Assembly (NCBI GenBank): GCA_004431415.1
Contig: QPMI01000530.1
Coordinates: forward strand, 124,001-188,000
Direction of reading: 5' to 3'
Length of the DNA: 64,000 bases
From: Cyanophora paradoxa CCMP329
Taxonomy: Eukaryota; Plantae; Glaucophyta
Part shown: in pieces, positions 34,901 through 46,597 of the stretch
Position numbering within the stretch: position 1 is the stretch's first letter
Layout of the letters: the number at the start of each line of letters is the position of its first letter
The notes under the pieces: generated by a model
Told to the model about the DNA's origin: nothing
Databases searched by the model: none
What the model saw: only the letters and a program-made list of their open reading frames with translations
Program-made: the position numbers and the translations under genes

Positions 34901-36127
34901 TTAGAAGTTCGAGACTTTCAGGGTAGAGATGTTGTAGCCATTGAGGACCATAACATTGTGTCGGAGGGCATAGATGTCAACCTGAACAGGAGCGGCATCA
35001 GTGCATCCCGAAACAGTGAGATCCATGTAACTCGAGCTGCTGTTGAAGAAATCCTGGTAACCCATAACCGAGTTCCGAAGCGAATCTTTTCCAGACTTGG
35101 AAAGAACAATTCCGTAAACATTTCCAGACTCGAATCCGTAGGTGGTATTGCCCACAGTAACACCCTTGTAATGAGAGGGAATGTGATTGACAGCGGAGAG
35201 GAAACCGGAAATGGGTTTGTTAGAGATATCAAGGGAGCGATTGTTGTGGAAGATCTGGAACTGATCGATTTTAACATCCGAAACATGACCACAGAAATCA
35301 GAATGAGTGTAGGTGTTGAGTTTGTTCACCTCTCGAACAGTCATGAGAATCGAATGAACCAGACCGGAAACATTAGCAAGTGTAACCTCGACCGATTCAC
35401 CAGCATCAGCGGTTTTAAGCGCTCGGGTCTTCTTGTGGATGACCTCTGTGATCGGAATGCGAATGCCACGTTGTTCGTTAGCCATCTTTAGGAGTGTCTC
35501 AGCCTCAGCCGAAGCGATGTTTACGAATTGGCAGATCAGAGAGCAATCCGCAAAGGTAACAGATCCACCAGCAGGAACTTTGACTATCCCAGCATCACGG
35601 AAATCAACCTCAATTGTTGGCATATCCGCCAGTGTGCATAGTGGGAAGTAAGCATCATCCCAGAAAGCAGCGGGGATTTTAACAATGTATTCCATAGCCT
35701 CATCTGTGCTTTCACGATCAAGTTCTTTGAAGTAACCGAGAGAAGCATACATGCTGCCCATGGTAGCATGATCATTGTCGATCAGAGCGTTTACAGTGAT
35801 CCAATCACCAGGGATGATATACTTGAAACCACCATGAACGAAGCGGACCTCATTGATGAAGGAAGAACCACCATTGGGGAGGGTGCAGGCTACCTCACCA
35901 CCAGTGGCAATCTTGAAATAGAGGGAAACACCAGCAAGGAGTTGCTTGCGAGGTAGATCAAAGTAAGCGGTATTCTTAAAGCCAAAAGTATTGCCTCGGG
36001 GACGAACTTGCTCGAGGAATGGTTTGTACTTGGGGTTGGTTCCGATTTGGAGACCAGGGGATAGATAAATTTGATCTGAACCGGGAGTCACGAGGAGTTC
36101 CTTAAGGGTAGTTCCAGTGAGTGCCAT
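34901..36127 (-). CDS. Major capsid protein (double jelly-roll), inner
   Basis: 408 aa, beta-rich, FGFKNTAYFDLPRKQLLAGVSLYF (NCLDV-like MCP N-terminus), C-terminal VDIYALRHNVMV; adjacent to ATPase and penton. Confidence 0.78.
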   Translation of the reverse strand: MALTGTTLKELLVTPGSDQIYLSPGLQIGTNPKYKPFLEQVRPRGNTFGFKNTAYFDLPRKQLLAGVSLYFKIATGGEVACTLPNGGSSFINEVRFVHGGFKYIIPGDWITVNALIDNDHATMGSMYASLGYFKELDRESTDEAMEYIVKIPAAFWDDAYFPLCTLADMPTIEVDFRDAGIVKVPAGGSVTFADCSLICQFVNIASAEAETLLKMANEQRGIRIPITEVIHKKTRALKTADAGESVEVTLANVSGLVHSILMTVREVNKLNTYTHSDFCGHVSDVKIDQFQIFHNNRSLDISNKPISGFLSAVNHIPSHYKGVTVGNTTYGFESGNVYGIVLSKSGKDSLRNSVMGYQDFFNSSSSYMDLTVSGCTDAAPVQVDIYALRHNVMVLNGYNISTLKVSNF

Positions 36128-36179
36128 CTCTTATGTTTAAAATACCAAAAGAAATTTTTAAAATGCTTTATTAAACAGA

Positions 36180-37079
36180 ATGACGCGTCATTACCTTAAT
36201 ATTGATTCTCGGGATCGGGATGATGGAACCCCAACAAACTTCACTTACAAAATTCCCCATGCAATTCAAAATGTGAGAGCCTGCAGAGTGACTAACTTTG
36301 AGATGTTCAATAACATTTACAATCTCAGCGAGAATGGAAGTTTGATTACAGCCACATATGATGCTGGGAATGCTGTTAAGACCAAGAGTAACACCATTGC
36401 AAAAGGGACATATACTTCGGATAGTTTAGTGAATCTCCTTAATGCGAAGCTTGCTTCACAGGCATATGGTGCAGCAGGAACAACCTATACTCGCCATTTT
36501 CGAGTAACCTATGATCCCGTTACAATGTTTCTAAGGTTCATGTGCGATGCAGCATTCAACCTAAGCTTTGGTAGTCGGATCTTAGCAAACTTCCTTGGTT
36601 TCCCAGATCTCAGACCTGAGAGTTCTGAAAATGGTTACGCTTCTGATCTGCTCGATGCAACAGTTACAGTCGGAGCAGTCACTTTTACCCATTATGTTGA
36701 TAGTGTAATACCACTTGATCTTCTGTTTAATTCATACATCCTTCTTCATGTTGACCCACTCAAAGGCAACTATGTAAGCAAGAACACCAGCGATGATAAA
36801 GCCCTTGCAAAAATTGAGATTGACCAAACGGTAGGCAGTCTACTAAAATACGATTCATCGAATAATTCCATGATCACGCATGAGCAAAATGGTTTGGTGG
36901 AAGTTGAAACGCTAAAAGTTCGTCTTACATATTGGAATGGTGCTGAAACCGATATTACCACGGATTGGTCAATGACTCTCGAACTGATTACTGAAGATGA
37001 TAAAGACCTGACAAAGAAAGCATTGAAGAATGTCATTAAAGAGTTGGAGGGACTCTACCTGCCATTCTCACGGTCATAG
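36180..37079 (+). CDS. Minor capsid (penton) protein, inner
   Basis: YLNIDSRDR..TPTNFTYKIP..IQNV....LKVRLTYWNG....DWSMTLELI. Confidence 0.82.
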   Translation: MTRHYLNIDSRDRDDGTPTNFTYKIPHAIQNVRACRVTNFEMFNNIYNLSENGSLITATYDAGNAVKTKSNTIAKGTYTSDSLVNLLNAKLASQAYGAAGTTYTRHFRVTYDPVTMFLRFMCDAAFNLSFGSRILANFLGFPDLRPESSENGYASDLLDATVTVGAVTFTHYVDSVIPLDLLFNSYILLHVDPLKGNYVSKNTSDDKALAKIEIDQTVGSLLKYDSSNNSMITHEQNGLVEVETLKVRLTYWNGAETDITTDWSMTLELITEDDKDLTKKALKNVIKELEGLYLPFSRS

Positions 37080-37115
37080 GAAATACTGTAGAATAATTTT
37101 GTCTCGATATTACAA

Positions 37116-37877
37116 ATGGCTCGCAAGACTCAGCCAAAGAATTTCTTAGCCAAACCAGCAGCTGAAGCGGATGTTGGCAATGGCGAAAACGGAAGAAACT
37201 GGTATAAGAAATCGAAGGGAATCGCTGCATACGGAACTGGTGACCTCGAAAAGGAAGTCCACAAAGAGCGAAACCAATACACCCAAGCCACTACGAAAAA
37301 CAGTAACGATGATAATGCCCTGGTTGACCAAGTCCCACTGAACCGCATGCCTGGAGCCAAACGAGGAATCAAGAAAGGGCAGTTCAAATCATCCACAAAG
37401 GACAAGGTTGCCTCATCATCGACACTGCTGAAACTGCTTGATGGTGGTGAACGACTCTACTCAACCTATTCCGAGAAAGACCATCGCAACCGCTACTTTA
37501 TTCGATCAACCACTGGCGGACTGAAATCTGTGACATATCAGTATGCGAAGAGTCTTGTTGATGGTATTGCAGCAGAGACCAAAAACGAAAACAAGATCAA
37601 GGAACAGCCAATCACAAAGGAAAAGGTTGAGAAGAAACCAGAAGTAACCCATGAAGTTATTCCTGAACCTGTTCAAGTCGTAAAAGATATACCAACTGAA
37701 TTGATTGCGAAGACCATTGAGTATCAAGACTCCAACAAAACGGATTTGCCGGTCCTGAATAAATCGATCCTTCGGGTTGCCACTTCGCAGGCTGATCCAG
37801 TCAACTCGATTCCAAATGCTGCCCCAATGGTCTCAGGGTTTGCCAAGCTTGGTATTAGACCTGGTTATCGCCGTTAA
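37116..37877 (+). CDS. Lys-rich hypothetical protein
   Basis: 253-aa intact ORF after the penton. Confidence 0.65.
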   Translation: MARKTQPKNFLAKPAAEADVGNGENGRNWYKKSKGIAAYGTGDLEKEVHKERNQYTQATTKNSNDDNALVDQVPLNRMPGAKRGIKKGQFKSSTKDKVASSSTLLKLLDGGERLYSTYSEKDHRNRYFIRSTTGGLKSVTYQYAKSLVDGIAAETKNENKIKEQPITKEKVEKKPEVTHEVIPEPVQVVKDIPTELIAKTIEYQDSNKTDLPVLNKSILRVATSQADPVNSIPNAAPMVSGFAKLGIRPGYRR

Positions 37878-38226
37878 GGATCATTTCCGAATTTAAAAAA
37901 TCTTGAACATTGTTAGCGCTACGTAACCAATCCTATCCCGTAGGCTCAAAACTTCTTCATTTTTATGGAGGCGTTGTAGAGCGAAGTGAAATATCCATAG
38001 GTAAATCACTTTAATCACCTGTTCTACCGGGTTCAGTGGTAGAAACTTGCAGCCGACAAGTGAACCTTCTGGGTATCGGTAGCTTTATCATTTTTCCAGC
38101 ATCTTCTTTCGTACTGGATGCTCTGCAATCGGGACCAAAATTTGACAGGAGTTTATTCGCTATATACAGACAGAAAAACTACTTAAAGATTTCTTAACAT
38201 ATATTAAGAGAGTAGAAAAGGACAAC

Positions 38227-38484
38227 ATGCCAATTAGTGAGGCTCAGAAGCGTGCTACTTATCGTTATCGTAAAACTGAAAAAGGTCAGGAATATTTGAA
38301 AAAGTACAATGCCAGATTCGCAAAGCAAATGCGTGACTTATACCATACTGATGAGTGTTACAGAGCCATGAAGATCGTTGAGAGTTCCCAGCGTCTCTAT
38401 GCCTCCAATGCAGTCTGCTTTGTGAAGTATCTTTATGGTGTCCCGTATTCTAACCGTGGTCGCAAATCGAAATATGTCTGTTAA
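38227..38484 (+). CDS. Small basic protein (putative DNA-binding)
   Basis: SEAQKRATYRYRK...CFVKYLYG...RGRKSKY; positional and sequence counterpart of 19285-19476. Confidence 0.65.
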   Translation: MPISEAQKRATYRYRKTEKGQEYLKKYNARFAKQMRDLYHTDECYRAMKIVESSQRLYASNAVCFVKYLYGVPYSNRGRKSKYVC

Positions 38485-38652
38485 TCGTTTTTCTCAGCGC
38501 GATCTGCTCTGAGAAACCCGTGGGAACCGCGCTGGAACCACAAATAAAATCATTCTGTTATTTTTAGAGTTCGATGATCGAGCCAACCCTTTGTTATTTT
38601 TATAAATGCCCTCGACTAAATTTATTTTGTCGGAGACTTTTGGTTTTGCCGG

Positions 38653-38662
38653 AAAAAATTGA
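38653..38662 (+). promoter_or_regulatory. AAAAAATTGA early-promoter-like motif upstream of the inner replication gene
   Basis: Intergenic, ~64 nt before ATG 38726. Confidence 0.5.
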
Positions 38663-38725
38663 CGCGAGTATAAAAGTATTTAAGGAAAACTTTTGTAGGT
38701 ATATATTAATAGAGTGAACGAAGAA

Positions 38726-41700
38726 ATGCCTCGCCCTGGAAACAGAATTGCAAATAAGATAAGAGAAGAGATCATTGGTTACATTACCCAGGGTAGTGTC
38801 CATGGAATTCTGAGCGAGGAGCAAGTGAATTACTTTTTGGAAAGGACGATCAACCGCAGGCTCCGCTTGCAATCATTGATTGATATTCGCGATACTCTCA
38901 ATGGTATCATCAATCCTCGTGTGGTCCGCAAGCAAGAGAAGAAGGAGAAGAGGGCTGAGAGAGCCGCTAAGAATGTTGAGAAGCAAAACAAGAAAGCAGA
39001 GCAAGCGAGGGAGCGGAAGCGATTGACTCCTTTCCAGCAGATGATGGCTAACCTTCGTGAGTTTGTTGAAAACTCACCTGGAAACATGGTCACCCTGAAT
39101 GTGAGACTCTTCCGTGAGTTGCAAGAGGGCGAACAGGCTCCCGCAAATGCGAACAGAGTGACTGAGAATGGTGTGACCTACATCGAATCGAAGAGGCTTC
39201 GGAACAATCGCCCCTTTGGTATCCAGTGTACCAAGGCAGCTTTTCTGAATGCTCTCGGTCTGGTTCAATCCACCTTCAATACGTTCCCATGTGTTGAGGG
39301 GACTGTCATTGCTGAATTTATTGCAGCAGTTATTGAGTTTAACTCGAACAATCAAGATTTCCGCTACCTAAAACTAATTGAGCAAGATACCTACCCTGAT
39401 ATTATGACAATTGAAAGAGTCATCACGACAGATAATGAAGAATACATCCCAAGAAATGAACAAGTCCTCAGAGACAATACAAACGCTCCCATGATTATTT
39501 CGAATTTCATTAAAAACGAAGGGAACCCCCAAGCCACTACATTCAGGGAAATGTTCTTGAAAGGCAACTCATTCAAGGTTGGCAAGTGTGTTTTCGATGT
39601 CCTCATCAAATGGTTTGGAGGAGCATTTGAGAAGGCTAAGACCAAAGGGAAATACAAGCGCATCGATTGGTCTTACAATGGACTTTTTAAGATGGTAAAT
39701 GGGCGCGACCCTGTTGAAGGAGATGATTGGGGCATTTCTTTCAAGTCCATTTCGGAGAAGGTTCTTGACCCACTGCGCCTAGGCATGGTTACAATTGGAA
39801 AGGACGACAGGACCCCTGTCCCTGAACTGACTTTCCTGCCAAGACCAGGAACACACACTTGACCCCTTCTGTTGCATATGTGAAGATTGAGAATGGTCAC
39901 ATGTATTTGTTAAATCACAATATTAAGGCTCTCACACAGTCCTTCAATGGCTCCAAGCCAAAAGATACCAATGTTCCACTCAGTTCTCGTTACAAGATTA
40001 TAAAGCAAAGAAGGTTCAAGGAGTTTGCCACAAATCCCGATGACATTCTGAGAATTGTCAGGTCTGACAATCCAAAGAACCAATCGAGCATTCGAATCTG
40101 CTATGGTGGTTCACTGGATGAACTACTCAGAGAGTTCATTGTGGTGCATAATTATCAGGTCCAACCTGGGTTCTCCCAAATCGGAAAGGCAACCCATATT
40201 CGTTTCACTATTGACGATAAGGATGTTGTCGTGACCCACCTGGTAACGATACAGATGTGGAAACAGCTTTCGAGATTAGCTTCAAGAATGCTGAGTACAG
40301 AGATAAATTCGAGAAACTAAATCTGGATATGTATAGGTCTCTAATCAACACTTCCAACAAGAGTACTTACAATGAGCAAACCATAAATGCATTCAAGAAT
40401 GGAGTGCAGACTGCCCTTCGTGGTCTCTTTGATGTGGATGAGGAGACCTTTGATGAAATTCGCTATAACACAGATATTTACGAGTTCGATATGTGCAAAG
40501 CATACCTTACATTGTAGCCTTGATGATCAAATTCGTTCCTGTTCTCAGCAAGTTCGATGTCTTCAAGAGTGTGACAATCACAGATGCAGAGCAAATCGAG
40601 GAATACAGCTTCTATTACGTGAAACTGGACGACAAATACTTTTTCAAAGCCAAAGACAAGAACGGAAAGGAGTACGAAGCAAACACCTACAACAGATACA
40701 AGAGGATGATCATTGATTCCAAGTACAATGTTGTTCCTGGTTTGGTTCTCAAAAAGCATTTCGAGGATTTCAAGGATGACATCTCCATCAAAGCGGTTCT
40801 GCGACCTTACAAACTCATTCCCAACCTTGCAGGCAACACAGTTGCTCGAATCTTAGATAGCGACCTCGATCCTGTTGATAAGAAGCAGATCTTGGTGAGT
40901 GCAATTGGGCAAACTGGAAAGCAACGAAATAGCAGAGTGAAAACCACCATTTTCCACAACAGAGACGATGCGATCGAGTTCCAGAAACAGAACGGAGGGG
41001 AGGTTAAAATTTACCTCTTTGGTGAGACTCTTGCCACTTATGAGGAGACAGAGTTCGTTCTGTGTGAGGAAGAGATGACCGAACCCCATATCTACTATGT
41101 CAATCAGGTAGCAGAAAAGCAGCTCATTGATGGCTTCATGCCATTGTACACTACCCTCTTGTCAATTATGAGGATGTGTATGTATGAGAAGTGTGTCGAA
41201 CTCGCTAAACAGCAAATCCGACCACTCGCTTTGAACACCGATTGTGTTTATGGGATCGCTTATGAACCCATTGCCCAGTGTCATTCGATCGCAATGCCTT
41301 TGAGAATATTGGAAACTTCAGTGTGAAATGCTGCCCCAATTTTTCTAAAAAGTTTTCAGGTGAGAAGAAAGACCTCGAGGCAAAACGAATTCGTTACGGA
41401 AAGTTTGAGAGAGCGACTGACTTTGTGAAAATCGAGAACTACAGTTATACCAAACACTCTGTGGTTGATGAGTATGACACAACCGCGATTTGTGATTTGC
41501 TGGCTACACAAAAACGATGGGTTCTTCTCGGAGTAGTTCCGGGAGTTGGAAAGACTTACATGACAGTTGATTATGGGAAGCGTTTCCAAAATCCCCTCTA
41601 CATTGTTCCCACCAATAAGCGAGTGAAAGAAATGAAAGAGCAAGGATTGAAAAATGTAAAGACAATCTATGATGCCCTTCACCTTAAAATTGATGAGTCA

Positions 41701-42810
41701 AACATGGATGAAATTGTAGGAGGAAATGCCTCTGGTTTGGTAGAATTTGATTGCATTGTTATTGATGAGATCTGTCAGTTTAAGATTGGGGAACTGGCAG
41801 CCTTGGACCACATCATGAATGAGCAGTTCCCAGATAAGGTATACATCGCCACAGGGGACCCGTACCAAAACCCACCCATCCAAGATATGAGTGTTGACCA
41901 AGATGAGTATTACCTCGATATTCTCCATCGCCTGTTCCCCAACGAATTGTTACTCCAAGTGAACAAGCGACATGAGACTGAGGAAGATCGCAGAAAGGTT
42001 GAGCAGATTCGAATCGATTTGTTCGAGAAAGGTTTGAGTGTAAGTGAGGTCCTTGCGAAGTATGGGTTCAAGGTTGTGGACGAATTGGAAAAGACTGATA
42101 TTGGCATTGTTTACACAAACCGCAAGGGTGCAGAGGTGAACCTAGCCCTTCACAAAATGAACTACGGGGATAATGTTTCCATTTATGCTGGCGGCATCAA
42201 AGTTGTTGCAAAGACTCGGATTGCAAAGGGCGGAAAAATAGTTCATAATGGATTTGTCTACAAGATTGTCAAGCTCTCAAAGGACAGTTTCATTATTGCT
42301 GACATTGCCAACAAGAAAGATGAGATCGTTCTCAGCAGGGATGCAGTCAAACATTTCGCCCTGGCTTATGCAAACACATGCCATGTTGTTCAAGGTGATA
42401 CTATTCGCTGCAAAGGGAACAGGGTAGTTGTGTTCGAAACTGGGGCGCCATTTGTGTCAAAGAAGTGGCTCTATGTTGCTCTCACACGAACCACAAGGCT
42501 GGATGATGTCGTTATTTACCATGATAATTTCGAAATGGCTCACTGGAAGGTGTGGAAGAGAGAGAATAACGAGAAAATATCGACTTACAAGGATCAGGAC
42601 CGAGCAGCAAACAGACAATTCGATGAGCATGATTACATCACATGGGATTGGATCAAGCAGCGATATGGGAAGCAGTATGGGCATTGCCTGCGATGCTACA
42701 ATGCCATGGACTTTGAAGATATTTCGGTAGATCGAATTAATAATGCTGTGGCTCACGTTACCAAAAATTGTTTCCTCTCTCATATTAAGTGTAACTGCGC
42801 CGCCCAATAA
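38726..42810 (+). CDS. Divergent PolB-like domain + SF1 (RecD/Pif1-like) helicase + C-terminal HNH-like nuclease fusion; ~4 frameshifts
   Basis: Abutting ORFs 38714-39862, 39859-40320, 40257-40517, 40493-41326, 41278-42810. Pol-like EFDMCKAY, KQILVSAIGQTGK, ALNTDCVY; helicase GVVPGVGKT, IVIDE, GDPYQNPP, YANTCHVVQGDT, YVALTR; nuclease CLRC...SVDRINN..AH..KNC....CN. Confidence 0.8.
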
Positions 42811-43870
42811 TGGATAGTGTATTATCATTCAAAAAGTATAGGCAGAAACTGATTAATGAAAAAGTGAGTTTTGATGAAAAAGAGTTGAAAAAGAAATTCA
42901 AAAACTCAGAACTCCAGCAAATCTACAAGAAACCAAGGAAACCCAAATCGTTTCTTCGCATAGTGGCAAAGCCTAGATCGTTTCAAATCGATATAACATA
43001 TTTCAGAGGGTTTCAGACTGCCAACAATGGCATTTTCAAAATGCTTAGTTTCGTAGACATACTTAGTCGCAAAGGATTTGTTTATCCTTTTAAAAACAGC
43101 AGTGAGATCCCGAGCATTTTAAATAGGTTCAAGCAAGAAGCAGGCAAAGTTAATGCTCTCTCTGGGGATAATGAGTTCTCCCAAGCAGTATACCGAAATT
43201 GGTGCAGTGAACATGGTGTGATGCTTTACACAGATGTGGCAAAGGATGACCACATCACAGTAGGAGATAAACTGGGATTATTGATAGGTTCACTAGGACT
43301 TTCAAACAGTATCTCAGAAAAACGATGACAGCAAAGGGAACCACGAAATGGATCGATCTACTTAGTGATGTTATTGACTTGTATAATAGCAGTCCCCATT
43401 CGGCATTGAAAAATGACTCACCGAATGCAGTGTATACAAATGAAGATAAACAGTTATTTATTTACATGAGAGATACTGTTCACAACAATCGTGTAAAGGA
43501 GGCTGATACTAATCAAGTGAAACCAGGAGACACAGTTCGAGTTTTGCAACCAAAGGGGTTATTTGAAAAAGAAGGTGCGCAATTCAGTCAGAAGGTCTAC
43601 ACTGTTGCAAAGGCTGATAGGAATCGTTTCAAAGTGCTTGAAGATAATGATGGTGAGGAAACGAAAGAAGTGAAGAGGAGATTTAAGAAGCAAGAATTGC
43701 AAAAGGTGAATAAAGATGATATCATAAAGATCCCATCGCAAAAAAGAATTCAGCAGGTTAATAAGACGAATAAAGTGAATCGATTGGTAGCAAAGGAAGG
43801 CATAAAACCCAATCGAAGTAATGTTGTAAGGAGAAGATACAATCTGAGAAGTGGTTTAACGAAACGCTAA
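42810..43870 (+). CDS. rve integrase of inner element; frameshift near 43280
   Basis: FQIDITYF, FVDILSRKGFVYP, LSGDNEF, (shifted) IIDRFTRT, YNSSPHSAL, GDTVRV...FEKEG..FSQKVYTV...QELQKV. Confidence 0.9.
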
Positions 43871-44270
43871 ATCATGGGAGACACGGCGGATAAAAAGGAA
43901 ATAACTTCGATTAAATATAATTAATCGAGATTATGATATAACTTCGATAAATAAGATTTAAGATATAACTTCGATTAATTCGATTTTTGTTACTGAGGCT
44001 TACTGAGATTTAGTGAGATTTGGAATTGGGTTACTGTGAATGGTTTGTTTTTCTTGGGAATTGTTTTGGAGACATGGCGCATAAAAAAGATATAACTTCG
44101 ATAAGATATAATTAATCGAGATTATGATATAACTTCGATTAATTCAATTTTTGTTACTGAGGCTTACTGAGATTTACTGATATTCAAGATTGGGTTACTG
44201 GGAATGGTTTGTTTTCTGATTTGTTTTTGATTTTTTCGCGGGTATTTTTTTGGAGACACGGCGCAGTGCT
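43869..44270 (-). repeat. Right TIR of inner element containing two tandem ~200-bp units
   Basis: ggagaca(c/t)ggcg at ~43878, ~44067 and ~44252; ATAACTTCGA x5. Confidence 0.9.
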
Positions 44271-44276
44271 GAGCTC

Positions 44277-46597
44277 AGGGCAAACAGAACACGGGTTTAA
44301 GAATTTATAATGAGGGCAGCACCACAAAAACAGAGGTTCCCCAAGTATTACAAGTGGGCCATTTCCAGAACACGAATCAAGTCTGTTCAACTAATGATGT
44401 ATACCCCAAGGATATTACATATGACTTTGCGAGGAATGAACCGTTTGGGTTTTTTACTCCAAATGATGTCCACCAGAAAAAGCCATCAATTACCATCAAC
44501 AGCAGCCCCACTCAACCAGTAGCAATCCATTTACACCCTGATCTTGTCGAAATGGATAGGCACCTTTTACCTTTGGTCACAAACACCAAAGACCTTGGAA
44601 TCAGGACGAGGCAGTGGCGAAATATCCATGGAAGCAATGTGTATGCCAATGGTGAAAAGCTTGTCAGTGAGAAAACTATAAGGGAAATCTTTGAGCATTA
44701 CGGTCCTGTTCCTGTCCCCTTTCCGCTTCCGTGGGATCCACCTGACCTGACACCAAAGAAGCAACCTGGGAGGGAATACACAGCAGAGGAAAATGTAGCC
44801 TTTGGGCAGCACATAGTTAGCTGGGAAAAAGTCAGAAACAAACCAGTATTTACAGATTACAAACAACCAGCTGAGGAGCTTTTATCACCAGATGTAAATG
44901 TTATACCTCTTGAAGATAGGCGATTTGAAGAGGATAATGTCTTACCAGATGGTTTCGACCCAAATCTTGTAACTTATGATCGCTACGAGCCTTACGACGA
45001 GCAGCTGTTACCTGATGGATTCGCTCCCGATCTATTTGATTTTATCATTAATTGGGAAGACATCCGAAATAAACCTGAAACATATCCTCCTGATCCCCAT
45101 ACTCACGATTGGGATGAAATAGATAATAAACCGGATAGATTTCCACCAGAAGACCATAGACATGATTGGGACGAAATCGATAATAAACCAGAAAGATTTC
45201 CACCAGAAGACCATAGACATGATTGGGATGACATTGACGGAATACCAGAACAGTTCCCACCAGAAGACCATAGGCATAATTGGGACGAAATAGATGAACA
45301 ACCCACATTCGCATCAGCAGGCAATATGTTGACAGACTTTCCACTTGGTGTAAGTCTTTATAGAAATATTAACATAGAAGAAAGATTACAATTAAATGAC
45401 CACTACCTTAATCGCATGGGAATAGAAGCAGGCACAGGAATGGAAGCCGAATTATACATTAGACCACCCAGAAGAGATGGTATTTTACCAATTAGTGGTA
45501 ATTTTGGTCTGTATGAGACGAAACCCGGAATTTATTTAACAAGCTTCTACCCTGAGGATATCCCGATGACGAATATATTACCTCCGATACCGTCACTTCC
45601 ATTAGATCCAAATAGTTATGATAACAAAGACGCAGCAATACAAATTAATGTTACAGATGTAAGCGATTTTGACCAATCGAGACCGAAATTAGTATTTAGT
45701 CGGCAGCGTCTTTTACCAAATACTTTTATAGGAGATCGTGATGATTATAGACGATGTGAGATAGCATGGATAAAAACGAAATATAACGGTGGGGTCGGTG
45801 AAGGTTTATTAGAAATCAATCAAAGAGCAAGCGCCAAAAATATACACAATGAAGATATTTCGAGAGTGGTAACAGAAGATTACCTAACGGCTGTTATTCT
45901 CGTTAATTTCGTAACTCTTGCGATGCTTGGAAATTATGTAACAAAACCTGAGCTTGCCGCGGAATTATCAAAATATCTTCCGCTTGTTGGTGGGACAATC
46001 ACAGGAGACCTTACGGTAAATAGTAATATTTACAGTAGCAATATAGAGACGAGTAATTTAAAAGTGAATGGAATTCTAACAATTGGCTCAGCTAATGTAA
46101 ACACATTGCAAGAATTTAACAAAGATTACTACCGCATCACAGCAAGCAATGACCCCGCTTCTAATATTCCAAATTGTCTTTTTGCATGGAAAGCATCAGG
46201 TGTTCACGGTGAATCCGCGTTCAATTCTAATCTTTTCAATAGAGTCCCAAATGCTTTGATTCCATCAATAAAAGTGGCTTTTGGAAACAGTTCTTATTTT
46301 ACATCAAATACAGAAATCAATAACCAATTCACTATAACAACTCCTTCCGTAGACAGTATGGCTGCATTTTCCTATCCGCATGCAACAATAGATTGGTCAT
46401 CAGGATTAACATACTTTGCGATAGGTAAATACAACCAGTCACCCAGTGTTGTTGATCATCTACGAATAATGAGGACAGAATCACCAAACAGAACTGTTCA
46501 ATATGGTATCAAGTCAAATACAATACTTGGAATGACAAGTTTTGTAATATCGGGAGCGCTACAAGCGACCCTTCTATCACTGTTCCTTCTATGCTAA
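44277..46597 (+). CDS. Fibre/receptor-binding protein, middle part (H.HDWDEIDNKP..FPPE repeats, LamG-like domain)
   Basis: ORF 44354-46597 extended upstream in frame; phage-tail-type repeats; YLPLVGGTITGDL motif. Confidence 0.75.

Larger units (their letters stand above)
32668..44270. mobile_element. Inner nested Polinton-like provirus, 11,603 bp
   Basis: Ends AGCACTGCGCCGTGTCTCC...GGAGACACGGCGCAGTGCT (5'-AG...CT-3'); GAGCTC at 32662-32667 and 44271-44276; own ATPase, MCP, penton, PolB-helicase and integrase. Confidence 0.95.

Noticed and set aside
43895-44140. ATAACTTCG matches the first 9 nt of the loxP arm
   Set aside because: Copies are direct repeats, not inverted 13-bp arms around an 8-bp spacer; no tyrosine recombinase seen
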